A stretch of DNA of 63,287 nt, counting the filler, from an uncultured Methanosarcinales archaeon (GTDB taxonomy: Archaea; Nanobdellota; Nanobdellia; Woesearchaeales; JAGLXL01), in NCBI GenBank assembly GCA_964472345.1. It is 6 parts of 6 records of this genome, joined end to end, with 100 filler letters (N's around TTAATTAATTAA, not from the genome) between each part and the next. Parts side by side here need not be neighbours in the genome. Positions count along the whole stretch, not along the records: positions 35,661 to 46,698 come from CAYYLB010000044.1; positions 46,799 to 57,066 come from CAYYLB010000045.1; 4 more parts are not named here. The stretch is one strand, 5' to 3'. The notes below the pieces were generated by a model. It was given only the letters and a program-made list of their open reading frames with translations. It had not been told where the DNA came from and ran no database searches. Made by a program: the position numbers and the translations under genes. Positions within the stretch are counted from its first letter, which is position 1, and the number at the start of each line of letters is the position of its first letter. Positions 40,658-48,764 of the stretch are shown piece after piece.

Positions 40658-41291
40658 ATGGGGGGGTATCCATCCGGCGTATCTCCAGCTGCAGACGCTG
40701 CGGCGCGCTGCATCAGCCTATCATAACAACCATCCGCACAGCATCCAGCTGACGCAGTTTCTCCTGCCACAAGCCTGCCGTGCGCTGCTTCTTGCTGCGA
40801 AGGGCGCGCGCTGGAAGCGCCACGAGCAGTACGGGCAGGCGCGCTTCGCAACCGCTGCTCTTCCCCCACCTCTCCGGCAGTTTCTTGCGGGCGAACCGCT
40901 TCAAGCGCTGCTGCATGCGATCACGGGCAGGCAGCCTGGAACTGCACGGCTCTTCGCCTTCCGCCACCGCGATTACACATTGCTCAGCGACGGTGTACGC
41001 CAGCCGGCAGGCACCCTCTTCCAGCTCGAGCTTACGCCGCGCTGGCAGGCCGCATGGGGCGGATTCACCAGCTTTGTCGCGAATGGCCGTGAGCCGCTGC
41101 GCATCACTCCCATGCCCAACAGCCTCGTGCTTGCCGAGCAGCAGGCAGGGGTGCAGCAGTTTGTGAAGTATGTGAATCATCACGCAGGCATCACTCCACG
41201 GATCATGGTGCAGGGCGCTCTCCATGGCGATCACAAGCCCCGCTTCAGGCCGGATGAGCCGGAATTTCTTGCCTCTGCAGCGGTGGAATGA
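40650..41291 (+). CDS. OGFOD1/Tpa1/Ofd1 C-terminal-domain-like protein (non-catalytic DSBH)
   Basis: IHPAYL, SIQLTQFL, DYTLLSD, WQAAWGGFTSFVA, PMPNSLVL, FVKYVNH; ATG overlaps the upstream stop (ATGGCTAA) and follows GGGGTGG. Confidence 0.75.
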   Translation: MAKWGGIHPAYLQLQTLRRAASAYHNNHPHSIQLTQFLLPQACRALLLAAKGARWKRHEQYGQARFATAALPPPLRQFLAGEPLQALLHAITGRQPGTARLFAFRHRDYTLLSDGVRQPAGTLFQLELTPRWQAAWGGFTSFVANGREPLRITPMPNSLVLAEQQAGVQQFVKYVNHHAGITPRIMVQGALHGDHKPRFRPDEPEFLASAAVE

Positions 41292-41297
41292 TAAGAA

Positions 41298-41424
41298 TGG
41301 GCCCGGGCAGACTCTCATGCGTTGGCATCCACCGCCGCTTTTGAACTGCCGACCACCTGCTGACTTCGTGCGAGGAGCGTCGCCCTATAAGACAGGCGCT
41401 CCAACCAGGCTAAGCTACGGGCCC
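41298..41424 (-). tRNA. tRNA-Ile(TAT) with two introns: 37/38 (41362-41385) and 59/60 (41312-41339)
   Basis: GGGCCCG acceptor, GCTTAGCCTGGTTGGAGC D-arm, CCTGT-CTTATA/A-GCAGG anticodon arm; mature length 75 nt; TATA upstream. Confidence 0.87.
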
Positions 41425-41870
41425 GCAATGCAGCGAAAGCCGCGCGTTATTTAAACGTTGCTTCTTTCCGGTGCAGTCAAGCGAGGTGCCAAGCGTGAGC
41501 CGCCACCGTCAGTACAAGCAGCGCCGGAGCCGCAGGCGGAGGCGCGACGGCCGCGAGCTTCGGGCCGGCGCAGGAAGCGGCTCAAGCGGCGTGAGCGCAG
41601 CCGGGGAAGGTGTATTGGTTGCGCGGGACGCGCCTTGGCATTCCACCATCCGGATCCCCGCGGAAAGCTTTAAATAGAAGCAGAGCTGAGCTTGCAGCGG
41701 AGGGGTGTTGGTACGCAGCATCTCGCATACCGCGCTCGCTCACCAGAACGGGTGGGTGTTCCACCGGGAGGGATTGGCATGAAACAACACATTCGGTATG
41801 GGGATGGCGGCGACGACGAAGATTGGGACGAGTAATCAACTCATCATTTTTCTTTTTTCTTGGCAAACGA

Positions 41871-41964
41871 TGCGGCTGCCGGGGATCGAACCCGGGTCAC
41901 AACCTTTTTTCACGGGGTTTTTCCCGCATGGCAAGGTCGTATTCTACCACTAAACCACAGCCGC
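41871..41964 (-). tRNA. tRNA-Gly(GCC) with a 23-nt canonical 37/38 intron (41906-41928)
   Basis: GCGGCTG acceptor, CGACC-TTGCCA/A-GGTTG, intron hairpin GCGGG/CCCGT, GGTTCGATCCC. Confidence 0.92.
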
Positions 41965-42010
41965 GCTCCACCAGCAGTTTTGCAGATAGTTTTTAAATAT
42001 ATCCTGCATG

Positions 42011-42145
42011 GGGCGCCATTGAAAAGTTCCCGTTCGCTACGCTCGACCTGATTGTCCTTCGGACTCGAGTCGAGCTAGAGCCTGGCAGGCATCCTGCTCA
42101 CGCCAGCGCTCACTGGCCGCCTTGGCGAACTTTTCAATAACGCCC
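42011..42145. mobile_element. MITE-like element, type C (copy 1)
   Basis: TIR GGGCGCCATTGAAAAGTTC / GAACTTTTCAATAACGCCC flanked by a TGCATG direct repeat; second copy at 56962-57066. Confidence 0.75.
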
Positions 42146-42218
42146 TGCATGGGCCCTTCGTGCCCGCAAGCTGCCTGATGAGTTTGACGCTGCAAGGTTC
42201 CGCTGCCCTTGCAGCTCA

Positions 42219-42370
42219 TGGGCCCGACCAGACTTTCACTCCCGTTCAGTCCCGTTCAGCGGAGCTGAAGAGATTCGAACTGGTGGCCTTCTCCGCTCGT
42301 CGCTGTGCGCTGCTTCTGCATCCCGCAGCAGCATGTAAGGGAGACGTCATAGCCGCTAGACCACGGGCCC
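42219..42370 (-). tRNA. tRNA-Val(TAC) with two introns: 37/38 (42296-42333) and 59/60 (42233-42273)
   Basis: GGGCCCG acceptor, TCTCC-CTTACA/C-GGAGA, ACCAG TTCG AA/T...TGAA AG/T CTGGT; mature length 73 nt; TTTATAAAA upstream. Confidence 0.86.
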
Positions 42371-42515
42371 GTGTTCTGCTCAAAACAGAAGCCGTTTATA
42401 AAAGTTATTCGCCAAACCGGGACAGAAAGGCAAAATACGTCAACCGGGGGAAATTCCAATCGGAATAAAAACACCAAAAATATATATAAAGCTACTGCGG
42501 TGTTCCGGCGCAGCG

Positions 42516-43766
42516 ATGAGATCGTCAGTGGGCGAACTGCGGCTGGAGCCGTATGAATCGGGAAGGAAAGGGAAGCCTGATCGCTTCGAGGCGGGGCTGG
42601 CTCATCTCATCGGGGCTTACCTGCTCGAGCTCGATCGAGACGCGCGGTTCAACGTCCGGGTGGAGGGAAAGTACTCAAAGAAAGATGAGAAACCGGCGCT
42701 CATCATCTCGGGGGAGGTTTCAGAGAGTTTGCTGACAGCATCGCTTCGGGAGCCTTTCACGGATATCGCCATTCGCTATTATAACCAGATCCATCAGGCA
42801 CAAGCAACCGCCGACGATTTTGTTTTTGCCTATCTCTTAAACCCGCAGGCAACGCCTCTCGCCGCCAACGGCCATGCGGGCGACTCCGGGCGTGCGATGG
42901 CGTTTGCTTTCCGCGGCGCACCGGGCTTTATGCCCTGGGAAAGGTATCTTGCAGTTGAGATCAGGCAGCTCATTGATCAGATCTACCAGAAAGGTGGAGC
43001 CGTGCCCCTGGAAATCATGATGAAGTCTGGCGTTTACCGCATTGACGGCCTGCGCGCTGACGGAAAGGTAGACGTCGGAGTCCTTTTCAATGGGCACAAG
43101 CTGCGTGCGCTCCAAGATATTACCTTATCGCTTGAGCACGAGCAGGGATTGCCGTTGGCAGAATTGCGGGAGAACGTGAGTACCGTCATCGCTGCATATA
43201 TTGGGCAGTTGTCGGAAACATACAACATCAATCTGGGGAATCCCAGGATCACGGTGAATCCCGGCGGCGCCTGGAACGACGGCGACTGGCGTGTCGATGC
43301 CGGCTCGGCTGAAGCGAAGCCGCACGAGGACTTTTTCGGCAACCGAGGCAATATGGAGGACGCGCCGTGGGGCGAGGACGGGACAAAGCCATCCGGTGTT
43401 GGGACGCTGCTCGCGTGGCATATTGCACGCTGGATCGTTGCCAATGAACTAGCGGAAACGGCAAGGGTGGTTTTGACCTACCGCATCGGCACCAGCGACG
43501 TCGGCCTGAATATCACGACAGGCGGTACAGGAAAGCACTCACAAAATAGGCTTGAGGCGCTTGTGCGAGACGCGATACCACTCAGCCTGAAAAAGGCAAC
43601 TGATGCGCTTCAGCTAAGGGATCCGAAGACCTATCAGCAGATTGCTCATGCAATGGACTGGTTCATCGACCCGGACTACCCGTGGAACATTACGCATCTT
43701 TTTCGGCGAAGCTCTTCCCGTCTTCTGCCTCGACTTGCCGACAGAGCGATCCCGCGGCTCCGGTGA
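42516..43766 (+). CDS. Divergent bacterial/eukaryote-type methionine adenosyltransferase (MetK-like)
   Basis: ESGRKGKPD, ISGEV, AGDSG, FMP, LRADGK, VNPGG, DAG, GEDGTK, YRIG and YPW align in order with MetK motifs, but several catalytic residues are substituted. Confidence 0.75.
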   Translation: MRSSVGELRLEPYESGRKGKPDRFEAGLAHLIGAYLLELDRDARFNVRVEGKYSKKDEKPALIISGEVSESLLTASLREPFTDIAIRYYNQIHQAQATADDFVFAYLLNPQATPLAANGHAGDSGRAMAFAFRGAPGFMPWERYLAVEIRQLIDQIYQKGGAVPLEIMMKSGVYRIDGLRADGKVDVGVLFNGHKLRALQDITLSLEHEQGLPLAELRENVSTVIAAYIGQLSETYNINLGNPRITVNPGGAWNDGDWRVDAGSAEAKPHEDFFGNRGNMEDAPWGEDGTKPSGVGTLLAWHIARWIVANELAETARVVLTYRIGTSDVGLNITTGGTGKHSQNRLEALVRDAIPLSLKKATDALQLRDPKTYQQIAHAMDWFIDPDYPWNITHLFRRSSSRLLPRLADRAIPRLR

Positions 43767-43913
43767 AAAAGTCCGGCGCCTCTTCGCTCGTGCTTTTCTG
43801 GACGGTTTTCATCTTGATATCTGCCCTGTTTCCTTTCGCTGGAAAAGCGGCCCTCGTGCGGCTAAAGCGTACGCCAGCTCGCTCAGACAGTTGTGGCGCC
43901 CGACTTTTTCACC
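43762..43913. mobile_element. MITE-like element, type B (copy 2)
   Basis: GGTGAAAAAGTCCGGCGCC...GGCGCCCGACTTTTTCACC; reverse-complement homolog of 31263-31415. Confidence 0.75.
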
Positions 43914-43978
43914 TTCGCCCGGCTCCGCACAACATTTATAAACTTCTCTTGCCACTCGCTCCCGCAAAGAGAGGCCCC

Positions 43979-44743
43979 ATGCAGCACCAGGAAGTCCTGA
44001 GCTTATTGCTCGAAAAAGACGACATCGGCTGGAAGCAGCTCCTCTATGACCTCGTCAAGCGCGAGCAGATGAACCCCTGGGACATCGACCTCTCGCTGCT
44101 CACCAGGCGCTACATCGAAACCATCAAAGTCATGCAGCAGCTTGATTTCCGTGTTACCGGCAAGGTCCTCCTGGCAGCGGCCATCCTGCTCAAGATCAAG
44201 TCCGCCTATTTCCTCGAGCATGAGGTGGATGAGCTCGACCGCCTCCTCGCGCGCACCGAGGAGCCGCAGATCGATCCCGAGTTCTTCTCCGAGTTCAGCG
44301 ACGAGCTGTTCCGCACCGCTGAGCAGCTCGACCAGCTCCAGCCGCGCCTGATTCCCCGCACTCCGCAGCCGCGCCAGCGCAAGATCACGATCTATGACCT
44401 CGCGGAGGCATTGCAGCAGGCGCTTGAGGTCAAGAAGCGCAAGCTCGACCGCCGCTATCCCGCGATCTCCATCGAGATTCCCAGGAAGAAGTTCGACATC
44501 ACGCAGGTCATCCGGCAGGTCTACGGCAAGATCAAGTCGTTTTTCCACCAGAACGGCGCGCAGCAGCTCACGTTCACCAAGCTGCTGCCGGAGCAGCACT
44601 CGAAGGAGGACAAGATCTACACCTTCATCCCGCTGCTGCACCTCGACACGCAGCGGAAGATCAACCTCGTGCAGAGCGAGCATTTCGGCGAGATTGGGAT
44701 CGAGATGGTGGATGGGAAGAAGGCGGCGGAAGTGGCAGAGTAA
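43979..44743 (+). CDS. scpA: Segregation and condensation protein A (kleisin)
   Basis: MNPWDIDL, DFRVTGKVLLAAAILLKIKS, RKITIYDLAEAL, TFIPLLHL...QSEHFGEI. Confidence 0.9.
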   Translation: MQHQEVLSLLLEKDDIGWKQLLYDLVKREQMNPWDIDLSLLTRRYIETIKVMQQLDFRVTGKVLLAAAILLKIKSAYFLEHEVDELDRLLARTEEPQIDPEFFSEFSDELFRTAEQLDQLQPRLIPRTPQPRQRKITIYDLAEALQQALEVKKRKLDRRYPAISIEIPRKKFDITQVIRQVYGKIKSFFHQNGAQQLTFTKLLPEQHSKEDKIYTFIPLLHLDTQRKINLVQSEHFGEIGIEMVDGKKAAEVAE

Positions 44744-44824
44744 GGGATCCTTCTCCAACTGCCCGCCGTATGAAAAACACACAAGCAGTCACCTTTAAAA
44801 ACCCATCCAACAAACTGGCGGCAA

Positions 44825-45496
44825 ATGTCCCACCTCCTCCGCCTCGCATTCCAGCAGAACCCCAACGTGGGCCTGGAGAGCTTCGCCAACGACCGCTTCT
44901 GCCTCGTGCCGCGCACCGTTTCGCCGCAGCAGGAGAAGGAAATCTCAGAAGTGCTGCGCGTGCCGCTCCACCGCACCAATCTCTGCGGCACCTCGCTCCT
45001 CGGCGTCTTCGCCGCCGGGAACAACCATATGCTCCTGCTCCCGCCGATCGTCACCGATGACGAGCTGCATCACTTCGACCAGCTCAGGATCCCGTATCAC
45101 ATCCTTGAGACCGACTATACGGCGCTCGGCAACCTTCTCGTTGCGAATGATCATGCGTGCCTCATCAGCCCCCTGCTCGAGCCGCACAAGGCAGAGATCA
45201 AGAAAGCGCTCCGCGTCAGCAGCATCAGGGCCTTTGCGCTGCCGGACATCGAGGTGAGCGGCTCGCTCGCGGTGCTCAACGACAAGGGCATCCTGCTCTC
45301 AGCGTTCGCCTCGGAGCGCGACGCGGCGCATGTGCAGGCGCTATTCGGCCTGCCGGTCGCCCGCGGCACCGTGAACCTCGGCAGCCCCTTCGTCCGGAGC
45401 GGCATCACCGTCAATGCGCACGGCTTCCTCTTCGGCAGCAGGACGGGGGGGCCGGAAGCCATCCACATCGACCAGGCGCTGGGGTTCCTGGAGTGA
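44825..45496 (+). CDS. eif6: Translation initiation factor aIF6
   Basis: NPNVG, GTSLLGVFAAGN, TALGNLLVAND, GTVNLGSPFVRSG, TGGPE. Confidence 0.92.
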   Translation: MSHLLRLAFQQNPNVGLESFANDRFCLVPRTVSPQQEKEISEVLRVPLHRTNLCGTSLLGVFAAGNNHMLLLPPIVTDDELHHFDQLRIPYHILETDYTALGNLLVANDHACLISPLLEPHKAEIKKALRVSSIRAFALPDIEVSGSLAVLNDKGILLSAFASERDAAHVQALFGLPVARGTVNLGSPFVRSGITVNAHGFLFGSRTGGPEAIHIDQALGFLE

Positions 45497-45667
45497 AGCG
45501 GTAGATGGGTACTGGAAGGGCGCCGTACATTATGTACAACAAACATACTGTTCAAGCTTTTCGGCCATCTCCTTTACAAGTGTGATAGGTGGTGCTTTTG
45601 GTAAAAATGCCAAGCGTACGCCCCTTCTTCAACAATCTTTAAATACCGACACCCCACTTCCCCCGCC

Positions 45668-46698
45668 ATGCCCACCAAGCAGGACCACCTTCGGAATGCT
45701 GTCGAGCACATCGACATCAAGAAGTTCGACGCGCGCCCGATTCTCGACTCGTACGAAAAGATGTCATTTTCTTCACGCGACCTCGCGCGCGCCGCGAAAA
45801 TCTACGACATGATGCTTGCCGAGAAGGACTGCACCGTCATCCTGACGCTCGCCGGCAGCACCTCCGCGGCCGGCTGCATGCAGCTCTATGTCGAGCTGGT
45901 CAGGAACAACATGGTGGACGCCATCGTTGCGACCGGGGCGAGCATCGTGGACATGGACTTCTTCGAGGCGCTCGGCTTCGCGCATTACCAGGGGACGCCG
46001 CACGTGGACGACAAGGAGCTCCGCAGCCTCTACATCGACCGCATCTACGATACCTACATTGATGAGGAGCAGCTCCAGGCGTGCGACAGCACCATCGCAA
46101 AGATCGCGGACAGCCTGCAGCCGCGGCCCTACTCCTCGCGCGAGTTCATCGCCGAGATGGGCCGCTACCTCCAGCAGCACGCCAGGAAGAAAGAGTCGCT
46201 CGTCCAGGCGGCATTTGAGAACGGCGTCCCCATCTTCTGCCCGGCATTTTCCGATTCAAGCGCAGGCTTCGGCCTTGTCAAGCACCAGTGGAACGCCAGG
46301 AACGGCATGGTCACCATCGACTCCGTCAAGGACTTTCTGGAACTGACGAAGATCAAGATGAAATCGCCGACGAGCGGCCTGCTCATGATCGGCGGTGGCG
46401 TCCCCAAGAACTTCGCGCAGGACACTGTGGTGTGCGCGGAAGTGCTCGACCACGAGGTGCCGGTGCACAAGTACGCGGTGCAGATCACGGTCGCTGATGT
46501 GCGCGACGGCGCCTGCTCAAGCTCGACATTGAAAGAGGCGAGCTCGTGGGGCAAGGTGGACACGACCTACGAGCAGATGGTGTTTGCGGAAGCGACCATG
46601 GCACTGCCCCTGCTTGCTTCCTATGCGTACCACAAGGGCAGCTGGAAGCAGCGCAAGGCGAAACGGTATGCTGACTATCTCAACGGGCTGAAGAATCC
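45668..46698 (+). CDS. Deoxyhypusine synthase-like protein (bacterial SpeY-like subtype); stop lost at contig end
   Basis: LAGSTSAAG, ATGASIVDMDFFEALG, IDRIYDTYIDEE, CPAFSDSSAGFG, GGGVPKNF, SSTLKEASSWGKV. Confidence 0.85.
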
Positions 46699-46982
46699 NN
46701 NNNNNNNNNNNNNNNNNNNNNNNNNNNNNNNNNNNNNNNNNNTTAATTAATTAANNNNNNNNNNNNNNNNNNNNNNNNNNNNNNNNNNNNNNNNNNNNCA
46801 GGAGGCAGGCGGAAGGCGGCCAGCATGCACCCCTCCTTGCCGCACTGTACCGCTCGGCATTTCTTGGGCTTTACGCGTGGGACAAATTCTTTGACTGGGG
46901 GTTTTTTCCCAGTCTCCGCGAGGAGTTCCTTTCTTATCGGGTTCCGCATTTCGATGCGACGGTGCTCAAAATCAGGACATCG

Positions 46983-48764
46983 ATGGCGAGCGGCGCTGCG
47001 GGAGCGTTCCTTGTCGGGCGCCTGATGGGCGAAGTCGGCGCCACTGGCATCGAGAGTGCAGCAGAACCCATTATCATTGAAGGCATCGGGCGGAACGGCG
47101 TTTCTCTTGTGCAGGGCAGGTTTCAGGGAAAAGATGCCCTCGCGGTTGTCTTCAACGAAACTGCGCTGCGCGCGCAGGGGTTTGACGGCCCTTCCATCGA
47201 AGCCCTTATCAAGCAACACCAGCTTACGTTTGCGCATCGGCCATCGCCGCAGCCTGCCGAGGAGCGCGAAACCACTGACGATTATACCATTACCCAGTTC
47301 TATCTCAGTCCTGACCGGCTTTACGCTGATGGTTCCTCAGAGGAGAAGATCGACTTTTCCAGGCTTGCCGGTCCCGGCGCCCGCCTTGCCGAGCATTGGT
47401 ACCGGCTTGCGCAGGCGCAGCGTCAATTTCCCGGACATGACGTTGCCCGCATCATTGGGCGCAACCCGCTGCGTGTGTGGCTTGCGAAAAACTCTGATGG
47501 GCTTTCAGCGTCAGAGCGCCGTGCGCCGGAAGGCTCCAAAACCGGATTACAGCGGTGCGCAGCACCGGAAAATAAAGACCCGCTTGCTCTTTTTGGGGGA
47601 GCGCATGTGGAGGAACAGGTGGGAGCAACCGTATGGCGCATCCGGGCCCAACAGAAAGGTGAGCCAGTTACCTGTTATGTCGACGTGTTTCCTTCAGCCG
47701 CCGACCGCGACCGGTCCCTGGAGCTGATCAAACACTATGAGCAGTATGGCCTTGCAGGCAGGGCTTCATCCCAGTCCTCCGAAATCGCACGGAAGCAAGT
47801 CCTCATCGCAAGCTCGCTGGGGCCTGAAACGCTCGACGAGCTGCTCACCTTCCTGCACTGGCGCCAGGGCATCGAGCAACAAGAGCGCCGGAAGCAAGAC
47901 TTGCAAGCTGCGGAATATGCTCTGCTGGCACAATTTGCACGAAAGGTCGGCTCATTCCTTGCTTATTCACCCAAAGAGCATGTTGCCTCTTCCCCTAGTT
48001 TACGAACCATCGATGACTATCTGAAAAAGTTTGAGGATCGCTTTCTCGCCTTTGTTTCTCAGGAAGGGTTCACGCTTTCTGGCGAAGAAAGAAAAATTCT
48101 GCTCTCAGCCCAACGGGAGCTTGCAAGCGTCTACACTGCTGGCCCGATTGTCATGAAAACAGACCGAACGCCGCGCAATGAAGTAGTTGATGCTAAAGGG
48201 AAGCTCCATTCAATCGACTTCAAGGATCCGTGCACCTATGTCCCCCTCGGAGCAGCAGTTGCGGATGCGTTCGGCTTCTCATGGTATATCACCAACGGGC
48301 GGACAGTGCCTTTCGACAAACTTCAGCAATACCTAGGCCCGAGTTCGAGTTCCGGCGAATCCGGCGGCGCTCTCCCCATCGAACGTGAGGGACTCATTTC
48401 ATTGAAAGACTTCTGCGTTCTCGCCTGTTTCCTGGAATACCAGTCTCACGCCCCGGAGGAACGTCGCGTTCCGTTTGAGAAGTTTACGAGACACTATTGG
48501 GCAGCAGCGCCCCAGCGTGCGTTTAATAGCACCGCAACAGCGCAAGATATTTATGCGCATCGAGGTGAGTTCACCTATGTCGCACGCTTCATAGAGCAGA
48601 CCAGGATGGAGGAAGGGATCGAAACCATGCGCATCGGCCAGCAGTTCTTCGAAGGCCGAGCTGTTCCTGCCCTTTCCGCTGCGATAGGAATACATCAAAG
48701 TATCCTCGATCAGCACATAGAGAGATATGGGAGAATACCCACAGCAGTCATACTCAACAGCTAG
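46983..48764 (+). CDS. Hypothetical protein with a possible APH/kinase-like C-terminal domain
   Basis: Long ORF; VMKTDRTPRNEVV...SIDFKD resembles the phosphotransferase HxDxxxxN...IDF motifs. Confidence 0.55.
   Translation: MASGAAGAFLVGRLMGEVGATGIESAAEPIIIEGIGRNGVSLVQGRFQGKDALAVVFNETALRAQGFDGPSIEALIKQHQLTFAHRPSPQPAEERETTDDYTITQFYLSPDRLYADGSSEEKIDFSRLAGPGARLAEHWYRLAQAQRQFPGHDVARIIGRNPLRVWLAKNSDGLSASERRAPEGSKTGLQRCAAPENKDPLALFGGAHVEEQVGATVWRIRAQQKGEPVTCYVDVFPSAADRDRSLELIKHYEQYGLAGRASSQSSEIARKQVLIASSLGPETLDELLTFLHWRQGIEQQERRKQDLQAAEYALLAQFARKVGSFLAYSPKEHVASSPSLRTIDDYLKKFEDRFLAFVSQEGFTLSGEERKILLSAQRELASVYTAGPIVMKTDRTPRNEVVDAKGKLHSIDFKDPCTYVPLGAAVADAFGFSWYITNGRTVPFDKLQQYLGPSSSSGESGGALPIEREGLISLKDFCVLACFLEYQSHAPEERRVPFEKFTRHYWAAAPQRAFNSTATAQDIYAHRGEFTYVARFIEQTRMEEGIETMRIGQQFFEGRAVPALSAAIGIHQSILDQHIERYGRIPTAVILNS

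Noticed and set aside
40650..40666. Programmed or erroneous frameshift fusing the two oxygenase ORFs at the G7 run
   Set aside because: The G run lies after the gene 1 stop, and gene 2 has its own ATG, an SD-like motif and a typical 8-nt overlap. The split is favoured, though reads should confirm it.
41460..41860. Additional split or permuted tRNA pieces, or small ORFs, between tRNA-Ile and tRNA-Gly
   Set aside because: No T-arm or acceptor-stem match was found, and the candidate ORFs are unconvincing.
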